Positions 1 to 5,724 of a stretch of 6,907 nt of DNA are shown here, in pieces; positions within the stretch are counted from its first letter, which is position 1; each line of letters starts with the position of its first letter. The stretch is taken from the IMG/VR virus record IMGVR_UViG_3300010219_000036, positions 1 through 6,907 of that record; one strand, given 5' to 3'. The DNA comes from a virus. Position numbers and translations under genes: made by a program. The notes beneath the pieces are model-generated. The model ran no database searches, was not told the DNA's origin, and worked only from the letters and a program-made list of their open reading frames with translations.

Positions 1-55
1 AGCCCACTTATCAATCGTGAGCGTGACCTTGTATGTCTGCGCGAGAGCGCCCCCC
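1..55. repeat. Terminal direct repeat, copy 1, identical to 6853-6907. It is a circularisation overlap.
   Basis: Base-by-base comparison gives agcccacttatcaatcgtgagcgtgaccttgtatgtctgcgcgagagcgcccccc at both ends. Confidence 0.95.
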
Positions 56-105
56 GCCATCACAGACAGCAGCACCAGGAACAGCAGGGAGCGCAGGAGG
101 CGCAT
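1..105 (-). CDS. 5' part (35 codons) of a 240-aa secreted, C-terminally anchored phage protein. It continues at 6852 on the circle.
   Basis: The ATG at 105-103 lies 3 nt after the TAA of the upstream ssb-like gene (TAAACCATG). Translation is MRLLRSLLFLVLLSVMAGGALAQTYKVTLTIDKWA. This is a signal peptide with a basic n-region, a hydrophobic core and an ALA-Q cleavage motif. The frame joins 6852 exactly (next codon AAT). Confidence 0.8.
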   Translation of the reverse strand, partial: MRLLRSLLFLVLLSVMAGGALAQTYKVTLTIDKWA

Positions 106-108
106 GGT

Positions 109-561
109 TTAAGCAGCCGTGGCAGCAGGTTTCGCCGGGACGCGCTGCGCAGCGTTTGCGCCATAGGGATGCAGCTTCACGAGCCGCGAGCCGATTCGCA
201 AGTCCTGGCCCACGGACAGCTCAAACTCAGCCAGATATTGACCCGGTTGCGTATCACCCAGGGCCTTAGGCATAAGCAGTTCACCCACAAGCGTGGATTC
301 CACGATCTTGCCGTCCACTTCGGACTTGGACGTCACGACGCATTGCGCGAGCTTCATTTCCTCGCGAGCGCCAGTCTTTTTGTTCGTGTAAGGGATGACC
401 TTATAAGCCAGCAGGTTCAGCAGATGCTTTCCGTCCATGAGTTTGTGTCCTTTGGAGTAGATAAAAAAGATGGGCGTCAGCCCTTCGAGAAACGCCGGAT
501 TTCGGCGCAGGTATGCCCCAACGTTGCGAGGCAAATCTTGAAATTCATGGTCAGGCGACAC
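109..561 (-). CDS. ssDNA-binding protein, gene V-like. The start is uncertain: GTG 561, TTG 534 or ATG 438.
   Basis: It is the first sizeable gene after the replication/regulator module. The C-terminal half (KTGAREEMKLAQCVV...DTQPGQYLAEFELSVGQDLRIGSRLVKLHP) resembles, by eye and from memory, Ff gVp (...RQGKPYSLNEQLCYV...APGLYTVHLSSFKVGQFGSLMIDRLRLVP). ATG 438 is preceded by AAGGA. Confidence 0.65.
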   Translation of the reverse strand: MSPDHEFQDLPRNVGAYLRRNPAFLEGLTPIFFIYSKGHKLMDGKHLLNLLAYKVIPYTNKKTGAREEMKLAQCVVTSKSEVDGKIVESTLVGELLMPKALGDTQPGQYLAEFELSVGQDLRIGSRLVKLHPYGANAAQRVPAKPAATAA

Positions 562-754
562 GCGCGAGCGTCGAACCGAAACGACCAGGCTTGACCTGGT
601 AGCGATGCAGACCTACCCGAGTAGGGAGAGAGCCGAAGCGACGACCACAGGCGACCGCAAACGCTTCCGCAGCAGTACGACGGACGGAAGATTCGAGCCA
701 CACGCCCGCATACAGGACTTCCACCGCCCACAGCATCAAAGTGTCCGATTCCAT
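551..754 (-). CDS. Hypothetical 67-aa protein, possibly the first gene of the structural operon.
   Basis: The ATG at 754 is preceded by GGGGG 5 nt upstream. The amino-acid composition is balanced. Its stop overlaps the GTG-561 start of the ssb-like ORF by 11 nt. No recognisable motif. Confidence 0.3.
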   Translation of the reverse strand: MESDTLMLWAVEVLYAGVWLESSVRRTAAEAFAVACGRRFGSLPTRVGLHRYQVKPGRFGSTLARVA

Positions 755-757
755 CAA

Positions 758-855
758 AACCCCCGCGTGGTATGGTTAACCCAACTCAAGCCGTTACACC
801 GATTGTTGTTGGACGGCACGTTACAACGAATGGGGAAACCTTGCAAGAGGGAAAG
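758..855. promoter_or_regulatory. Divergent control region between the plus-strand HTH regulator and the minus-strand ssb/structural operon, with candidate operators.
   Basis: A direct repeat CGTTACA(C/A)CGA occurs at 792-802 and 819-829, 27 bp apart. The palindrome GGTTAACC is at 774-781. On the minus strand a possible promoter reads TTGCAA (846-841), a 17-nt spacer, then TAACGT. The SD GAGGGA sits before ATG 856. Confidence 0.45.
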
Positions 856-1269
856 ATGAATTACGACGAATTTTTCGAGAAGGCCCTAGCTGGCCGAAGC
901 GTCAACCAAGCCGCCAAGGACTGGGGCATACACCAGCAGACGCTAGACAAATGGAAGAAGCACAAAGGACTACCGGACTACGACATTGCCATGCTCATGG
1001 CCCTGGACGCAGGCTTGAGCCCGGCAGAGGCAATGAAGGTACTCGCACGAGAAAACGCGATACGTAAACAGCGAGCACCAGTCATCGCCGCCATCCTGGC
1101 CGCGATTGCAGGCGTCAATTTTTTCGTGACGCCCTCACCCGCCGATGCGAGTGAGCATCACACCAAACAGGTAGAAAACACTTGGTATTATGTAAAACGC
1201 CGTCGCCAGTTCTTACTTCGTGCAATCCAAGCATTTCGACGCCTGGCACCCGAGCCGACAGCACCGTAG
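856..1269 (+). CDS. Helix-turn-helix (Cro/CI-like) transcriptional regulator with a predicted central transmembrane helix, 137 aa.
   Basis: The ATG at 856 has GAGGGA 5 nt upstream. The HTH-like segment is SVNQAAKDWGIHQQTLDKWKK. The hydrophobic segment is APVIAAILAAIAGVNFFV, followed by a basic tail (YVKRRRQFLLRAIQAFRR). It is the only gene on this strand and is followed by an intrinsic terminator. Confidence 0.7.
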   Translation: MNYDEFFEKALAGRSVNQAAKDWGIHQQTLDKWKKHKGLPDYDIAMLMALDAGLSPAEAMKVLARENAIRKQRAPVIAAILAAIAGVNFFVTPSPADASEHHTKQVENTWYYVKRRRQFLLRAIQAFRRLAPEPTAP

Positions 1270-1485
1270 CAAGTCCAAGATTTCCCTCTTTTCAAAGCCT
1301 GCCAAAAGCAGGCTTTTTTTATGCCTGGCAGCGATGCGGTAATGACGACGCTTGACCGCCCAACCCCAACGATCACCCCGCGCATTACGGATGAACCAAT
1401 ACGCGTTGCGAATCGCTCGACAGTGATAGCGCACCTGGTCGGCAGACAGCGGGTCAAACGGGAATAGCTCTAACTGGCGACACAT
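1213..1485 (-). CDS. Questionable 90-aa ORF downstream of rep. It overlaps the rep stop and runs through the terminator into the 3' end of the regulator gene.
   Basis: The ATG at 1485 overlaps the rep 3' end by 16 nt. The product is Arg/Trp-rich (…RYHCRAIRNAYWFIRNARGDRWGWAVKRRHYR…). There is no clear SD, it reads through the hairpin at 1294-1316, and other frames are also open here. Confidence 0.2.
   Translation of the reverse strand: MCRQLELFPFDPLSADQVRYHCRAIRNAYWFIRNARGDRWGWAVKRRHYRIAARHKKSLLLAGFEKREILDLLRCCRLGCQASKCLDCTK
1294..1320 (+). terminator. Rho-independent terminator of the regulator gene, possibly weakly bidirectional.
   Basis: A perfect 9-bp stem pairs AAAGCCTGC (1294-1302) with GCAGGCTTT (1308-1316), with loop CAAAA. 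The T-run extends to 1320. On the reverse strand the hairpin is followed by TTTGAAAAG. Confidence 0.8.
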
Positions 1486-2378
1486 CGAACCTTAGGCGGC
1501 GTAGCCACCCAACACAGCCCAAGCCCTGAATTCGAGAAAAACACCATCCCATCATTGTTGGCCTGCACAGCCAGGCTCAAAACGTGGGTATATGCCTCCG
1601 CTTCCGTGGTCCCATACGGAAGTTGATAGTATTTTTTTTCGGGCACGATGATACCCCTAGACGACCAGTACCGCTTTTTGTTCAGTTCCTTGTCGTCCAC
1701 ATCCTTGCCGATGTATTTCGCGATGTAAGCCGCGATCTTGTGACGCGCATTTTTTCCGAAGCGCCGAGGGTCAGTCACATCAATATTCCCCTGGCCACGA
1801 CCGCCCACGATGCGCCACCAGATCGAGCGCACCACCTGAAACGCCAAACGCCCATGAACCGCTATGTGAATGTGATAAGCACCGCGCTTTTGCTTCTCAA
1901 TGGTCGCGACGTACTCGAAGCCCTGAGGCATAGTGCGCATCCGACGACGGAAGGCATCGAAGTCGCGTTGCACCCGTTGAATGTCCTGGACGTTTTCACG
2001 ATAGGAAAGCGTCAGCAAGCGGTCAGCACTGATTGCCTTGCACCGATGCCGCACAGCCTGTTTAGCGCGTTTTACCGAGTCCTTTAGGTTTTCTTCGCGC
2101 TTCTCACTTTCGCCGCGCTTGGCGCGGTTTGAGTGCCCTGGCAGGCCCTTGATAGTGACGAACTTGGATGCGCAAATTTCGCGCTGACCATCGGCGAACT
2201 CGCGGTCATACACCATCCAGCGCGTGGTGAGGACCGGACCGTCCAGCTTCCGCTGAGTGTCAGCAGCAGTCGGCAGGAATTCTTGATCGGACGCAGGCCC
2301 GAATTCAGACGCTATTGCAGCGTCGAAGGAATCAACTACAATCGCTTCCATTGGCAGAACCCTTTTTTCTGTCATCAC
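1470..2378 (-). CDS. Rolling-circle replication initiator of the HUH endonuclease superfamily, the functional analogue of phage gene II/RstA.
   Basis: All three RCR motifs are present in order: LLTLSY (motif 1), YHIHIAVHG (HUH, motif 2) and AAYIAKYIGKD (YxxxY catalytic tyrosines, motif 3). The start is GTG 2378 or the adjacent ATG 2375. A GGGG SD-like run lies just upstream. Confidence 0.85.
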   Translation of the reverse strand: MMTEKRVLPMEAIVVDSFDAAIASEFGPASDQEFLPTAADTQRKLDGPVLTTRWMVYDREFADGQREICASKFVTIKGLPGHSNRAKRGESEKREENLKDSVKRAKQAVRHRCKAISADRLLTLSYRENVQDIQRVQRDFDAFRRRMRTMPQGFEYVATIEKQKRGAYHIHIAVHGRLAFQVVRSIWWRIVGGRGQGNIDVTDPRRFGKNARHKIAAYIAKYIGKDVDDKELNKKRYWSSRGIIVPEKKYYQLPYGTTEAEAYTHVLSLAVQANNDGMVFFSNSGLGLCWVATPPKVRCVAS

Positions 2379-2417
2379 GGCCCCGAGCGTTTGCAGACGT
2401 TGCGGGGCTTTTTCTTT
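2379..2417 (+). terminator. GC-rich hairpin plus T-tract, terminator-like on the plus strand. It overlaps the rep ribosome-binding site on the opposite strand.
   Basis: GCCCCG (2380-2385) pairs with CGGGGC (2403-2408). An inner extension pairs AGCGT with ACGT(t), with one bulge and loop TTGCAG. It is followed by TTTTTCTTT (2409-2417). Confidence 0.5.
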
Positions 2418-2745
2418 CCACTGTCAAAAGCCGTGTCCCTTGCCGAGTCCCGGCCACTTCAATATCTCTTTCCGTTAAGTGTCCCTGATACAAGTCTAGG
2501 GACGGCGCTTCGCGCCGCCCCGACCCCGCGCTGCGCGTGTGGCCGGGTCGCCGCGATCGCACCCGCCCAGCCTGGGTATGCGTAGGCCTTACAGTCGCCC
2601 CATGGGTTTGGCGGGCTACGGAGTTTGCTTCGCAAAGCCCTACCGGGCCGGCTCCTACCGCCAAAGTCGCTACGCGACCAAGCCCTACATGGAGCGATGA
2701 ACCGCCAGCCGTTTGAGAGAGTCCCATTAGTCTGCAAGAAGCCCC
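2379..2745. promoter_or_regulatory. Major intergenic region. It is the probable site of the replication origin(s), the packaging signal and the rep promoter.
   Basis: It is 367 nt with no convincing ORF and lies between the assembly ATPase stop and the rep start, the same position as the Ff intergenic region. It holds several stem-loops, repeated GTCCC motifs and a 15-bp periodic CTAC series. Confidence 0.6.
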
Positions 2746-3594
2746 TCAGAAGGCCCCACGCTCGATCAACCGACGCACGTGCCGAACACGCTCGTCGGGA
2801 GGCAGCTTCGCAACCAGGTCCACCACAGGCAGCCTAGGCTTAGGCTTCACCACCACACGGGGCCTACCCAAACCGAACAACCTTGCAAGCCAATGACCAC
2901 GCACCACAGGCGCATCAAAGCGCCTTGGATGCAGCACCGTATAGGTCGCCGCATCCGGGTCATTCTTGAAAATCTGGCGCGTATCGTAGGCCGCATGCAG
3001 GTCGTCGCCGCGATATGTCCACCTCTCAGCGACGATGGATGATGCGCCATCCCCCACCCTGGCCGCCACGTAATGAGCGCGAGGCAGATAGGCCAGCTTG
3101 CGATGAAACATGCCCAGGAAGGAACCGATACCGAAAGGGATTTTCACCTTGTCGAGCCGAACGCAATTGCAGCGATATTCAATCAGCGCCTCGCGTACCT
3201 GTTTGTCTATCATCTTCGAGTCTTGCACGATGAAATAGACATGCCAGCCGAGCTTGCGAGCGTGAATCAGCCAATCAATAACAGGCATCCGGTCCTTATC
3301 CTGGAAGCTCCGCGTATTGAGCCAAGACCCCAATTCATCCAGCACCAGGAGACCATTCTTGTCCTCATCATAGGAGTCTGGATTGCCATGGCCGATAGCG
3401 TGAAGGTCATCGCTTCGCGGTTTGTCTGGAATCCGCTGATAAGACGCCTGCGGCAACTCAGGAACCAAGTGTTCCAAATGCAGGTCCAGGTTCGTTGCAA
3501 CGCGCAAGCCCTTGCGTAAAGCCTGCTGTATTTGCCAAACGCAGAACTTCGATTTACCCGTCCCGAGCTTGCCCTCGACCGAATAGACAGCCAT
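2746..3594 (-). CDS. Zot / pI-like P-loop NTPase (filamentous-phage assembly ATPase), 282 aa.
   Basis: The N-terminal Walker A is MAVYSVEGKLGTGKSKF and the Walker B is GLLVLDELGSW. It is the last gene of the morphogenesis block, after the pVI-like gene. ATG 3594 is chosen because the upstream 36 codons (TTG 3702) read as non-protein-like sequence and are occupied by a better small ORF in another frame. Confidence 0.85.
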   Translation of the reverse strand: MAVYSVEGKLGTGKSKFCVWQIQQALRKGLRVATNLDLHLEHLVPELPQASYQRIPDKPRSDDLHAIGHGNPDSYDEDKNGLLVLDELGSWLNTRSFQDKDRMPVIDWLIHARKLGWHVYFIVQDSKMIDKQVREALIEYRCNCVRLDKVKIPFGIGSFLGMFHRKLAYLPRAHYVAARVGDGASSIVAERWTYRGDDLHAAYDTRQIFKNDPDAATYTVLHPRRFDAPVVRGHWLARLFGLGRPRVVVKPKPRLPVVDLVAKLPPDERVRHVRRLIERGAF

Positions 3595-3716
3595 CAGAGT
3601 CGCCCCCAAAGCCAACCCACGCCCAGGCCAACACCGAACCCGGAGATGGCAAACCAAAAGACAGCATCCCGCAAATCGACAACGCCCCCGACCGAGATGC
3701 AAACGGCATCCATCAT
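3594..3716 (-). CDS. 40-aa hydrophobic micro-protein, translationally coupled at both ends.
   Basis: Translation is MMDAVCISVGGVVDLRDAVFWFAISGFGVGLGVGWLWGRL. Its ATG overlaps the pVI-like stop (ATGA at 3716-3713). Its TGA overlaps the ATPase ATG (TGATG at 3596-3592). A GGTGG SD-like motif lies 4 nt upstream. Confidence 0.55.
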   Translation of the reverse strand: MMDAVCISVGGVVDLRDAVFWFAISGFGVGLGVGWLWGRL

Positions 3717-4033
3717 GCGACCACCGAAATTTTCAGCGCCCTCACCTGCCACGAATACAGCCCGCAAGCCGCCCACATCGAGCCATACACAGCGAGACAG
3801 GTTCCAGCGACCGGAGGGAAGGCCAGCCCAAGCAATTGCCCGTAAGCCGTCGAAAACATCTGCGCGACCAACGGAGCCACGGCAAGATTGAAAGCAGCCA
3901 GGAGCGCCCCGGTAACGGTCGCAAGCGCAGCAATAGCCGTCGACGCCACCGCCAGCTTGCGCGTCAAGAACTTCGCGAGAAAGCCCGCCAGCGCGGACAA
4001 CATCGAACCGAAAAACAGTGCAAACAATGGCAT
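3713..4033 (-). CDS. pVI-like minor coat / virion-cap membrane protein, 106 aa.
   Basis: It is very hydrophobic with several predicted helices (MPLFALFFGSMLSALAGFLAKFL…). Size and position, between the pIII-like and pI-like genes, match gene VI. A strong SD GAGGGGG lies upstream. Confidence 0.7.
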   Translation of the reverse strand: MPLFALFFGSMLSALAGFLAKFLTRKLAVASTAIAALATVTGALLAAFNLAVAPLVAQMFSTAYGQLLGLAFPPVAGTCLAVYGSMWAACGLYSWQVRALKISVVA

Positions 4034-4036
4034 GAC

Positions 4037-4180
4037 TCACCCCCTCTTTGCGACCCGTTGCAGCCGCTTGAAGTACAGATAAAACCGAAGGCCCGCGACG
4101 ACCGGAAACACCCACCACACACGCCCCAGGACACCCAGGAACGTTTGCCAATTCACCGCAGCAAGAAAGGCATCAACCAT
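4037..4180 (-). CDS. 47-aa hydrophobic micro-protein with a basic C-terminus.
   Basis: Translation is MVDAFLAAVNWQTFLGVLGRVWWVFPVVAGLRFYLYFKRLQRVAKRG. Its ATG is embedded in the pIII-like stop region (ATGGTTGA). Its TGA lies 3 nt before the pVI-like ATG. It has no independent SD. Confidence 0.4.
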   Translation of the reverse strand: MVDAFLAAVNWQTFLGVLGRVWWVFPVVAGLRFYLYFKRLQRVAKRG

Positions 4181-5693
4181 TCGACTGGCGCAGCGTAGAA
4201 CCCACCATGCCAATACACCCGAAGATGCAGGCACCTATCCAGGCAAGGGACATCAAATCGTGAATGACCGGCTGCCACTGGCACAGATCGACCACCACAC
4301 CCTCATAGATCGGAATCGCTTGGCAAGCCGAAGGGAGCGAGAACGTGAAAGACCAGCCAGTATTTTTGCCGGTCGCGCTTGTTGCGCTGGCCTGCAAATC
4401 CTTCGCCGCCTGCTCAGACGCATCGAGCGCCGCATTAGGCCCCTCAAAGTAGGGCGAAGCGTCGGAGGGTGTGCCGGTTTCGTCAATCTGACACTTCGGA
4501 CGACCAGGCGAACCGCACTCTTTCGGTCCACCGTCTAACTCCGACTGGCCCGCAGTACCGACACCAGTACCCGAAACCGTAGAAGGAACCGCAGGCGTAC
4601 CCAAGCCCGCATAGCCTGCCGCTTGTTTTGCAGCCGCGACCGCTTGTTGACCATACGACTGCACGACCGCGTTTTGCGGCATGGTTTGCGCCGCATCCAT
4701 CGCCTTTTGAGCCGCCGCTATCGCGAGATTAGCCGCATCAATCGCCGCCTGAGTACCCGCCCCCGCAGCCTTGGCTATATCCGCTTGATCATTCGCTTTT
4801 TTGGCCGAAGCCTGGGCAACCTCAGGAGCCGGATTAGGCTTCAAACAAACGAGCGTGCCATTGAACGTCCCCAGGCCCGAATCAGCCGTGCAGTCCGTCA
4901 GCGGGTCAGTACGCACCCCATGCGGCAACACACAGTGAGAAGGCGAACCAGGTTGCGTTTCGTCCTTATACGCATACGAGCCCGCGCCACACTTCGCAAA
5001 GTCCGTATCAACAGCGACGCTATCGTTCTTCGAGAATTTCTGACCCGAACCAGCCGGATTGGTCCCGGTACAGTCCACCGTATAGGACACCGCAGGCATA
5101 TTCGGAGCCTGCACACCGTTGACCTTGGACGCCGCAGCGCCAGTGACGCGCACCAGCCCAGGCGAACCGGCGACATTTTCATACGTGGGCTGATAGATAT
5201 AACCATCAGCCTCGACCAGCTTTTTAACGTTCGCATAGCCCTGGCAGGCCGACGTATTCAGATCGAAAACAGGACCAGGACTATAGTCGCCCTGGAGCGT
5301 AGCAATGCTAGTCCCGCTAGATGTATTTAGCCCATTGTTATAGTCGTAGATGCAGGCCCCATTCCCATTCAGACGCGGATTCGTCGCACCTGGCGGCACA
5401 CCACCACCGCCACCCTTACCGACCCAATAGGTGACACCGTTGACGCAAGCCTCCGCAGGCGTGGAACCCATCGTGCCCGCACAATTCGGCGTCGCAAGAC
5501 ACGTCGAAACAGGATAGCCCGCATAGGCAACACCCAACACATAGCCAGTGCCAGCCGCCGCATTAGGCGACACCAGCAGCAGGCAAAGACTACAACCCGC
5601 GATAACCGCAGCGCCAATGGAACGAACCGTCAGCACAAAGGAACTGCGGCTGAGTCCACTCAAACACCGGGTCAGGATGGGATTCGCGAGCAT
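4173..5693 (-). CDS. pIII-like adsorption / minor coat protein, 506 aa.
   Basis: It lies immediately downstream of the major coat gene. It has an N-terminal signal-like segment (…IGAAVIAGCSLCLLLVSPNAAAG) and Cys-containing N-terminal domains. It also has a Gly-rich linker (GKGGGGGVPPG) and an Ala/Gln-rich central region. The C-terminal anchor is LMSLAWIGACIFGCIGMVGSTL. Confidence 0.75.
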   Translation of the reverse strand: MLANPILTRCLSGLSRSSFVLTVRSIGAAVIAGCSLCLLLVSPNAAAGTGYVLGVAYAGYPVSTCLATPNCAGTMGSTPAEACVNGVTYWVGKGGGGGVPPGATNPRLNGNGACIYDYNNGLNTSSGTSIATLQGDYSPGPVFDLNTSACQGYANVKKLVEADGYIYQPTYENVAGSPGLVRVTGAAASKVNGVQAPNMPAVSYTVDCTGTNPAGSGQKFSKNDSVAVDTDFAKCGAGSYAYKDETQPGSPSHCVLPHGVRTDPLTDCTADSGLGTFNGTLVCLKPNPAPEVAQASAKKANDQADIAKAAGAGTQAAIDAANLAIAAAQKAMDAAQTMPQNAVVQSYGQQAVAAAKQAAGYAGLGTPAVPSTVSGTGVGTAGQSELDGGPKECGSPGRPKCQIDETGTPSDASPYFEGPNAALDASEQAAKDLQASATSATGKNTGWSFTFSLPSACQAIPIYEGVVVDLCQWQPVIHDLMSLAWIGACIFGCIGMVGSTLRQSNG

Positions 5694-5724
5694 GTTTTTG
5701 ATTTTCTATGAAGGTTTGACAGCC

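Noticed and set aside
1-55. The terminal repeats read as biological LTRs, inverted repeats or att sites of an integrated element.
   Set aside because: The repeat is direct, exact and lies inside a coding sequence that reads through it in frame. There is no flanking non-phage sequence. All of this fits a circular-assembly overlap.
169-594. Long plus-strand ORFs antisense to the real genes: 169-594, 1584-2087, 2133-2585, 3073-3519, 3495-3891, 4623-5330 and 5946-6293.
   Set aside because: They are shadow ORFs typical of GC-rich DNA. Their products are Arg/Pro/Ser/His-rich and low-complexity. They lack SD motifs. Each lies fully inside a minus-strand gene that has clear motifs.
772-855. A 28-codon extension of the regulator ORF from ATG 772.
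   Set aside because: There is no SD before 772, whereas ATG 856 has GAGGGA at ideal spacing. The extension would consume the whole divergent promoter/operator region.
2563-2570. The GCGATCGC 8-bp palindrome, which resembles the cyanobacterial HIP1 motif.
   Set aside because: It occurs once in a GC-rich region, and nothing suggests iteration or function.
2332-2837. ORFs across the intergenic region: 2332-2727 minus, 2459-2737 minus and 2625-2837 plus.
   Set aside because: Their products are Arg/Gly/Pro-rich junk-like sequences. They overlap each other and the hairpin and repeat elements, and they have no SD motifs.
2746-3594. The Zot-like gene as an enterotoxin or virulence factor.
   Set aside because: In Vibrio Zot the toxin activity maps to the C-terminal periplasmic part, which appears to be absent here. 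In nearly all inoviruses this family is simply the assembly ATPase.
3595-3702. A 36-codon N-terminal extension of the Zot-like ORF from TTG 3702.
   Set aside because: The extension (HLGRGRCRFAGCCLLVCHLRVRCWPGRG…) is not protein-like. Zot/pI proteins carry the Walker A at the extreme N-terminus, which ATG 3594 provides. The space is better explained by the coupled 40-aa ORF in another frame.
4181-4234. A longer 65-aa version of the micro-ORF starting at GTG 4234.
   Set aside because: It would overlap the pIII-like C-terminal anchor coding region by 62 nt out of frame. The internal ATG 4180 sits exactly at the gene junction.
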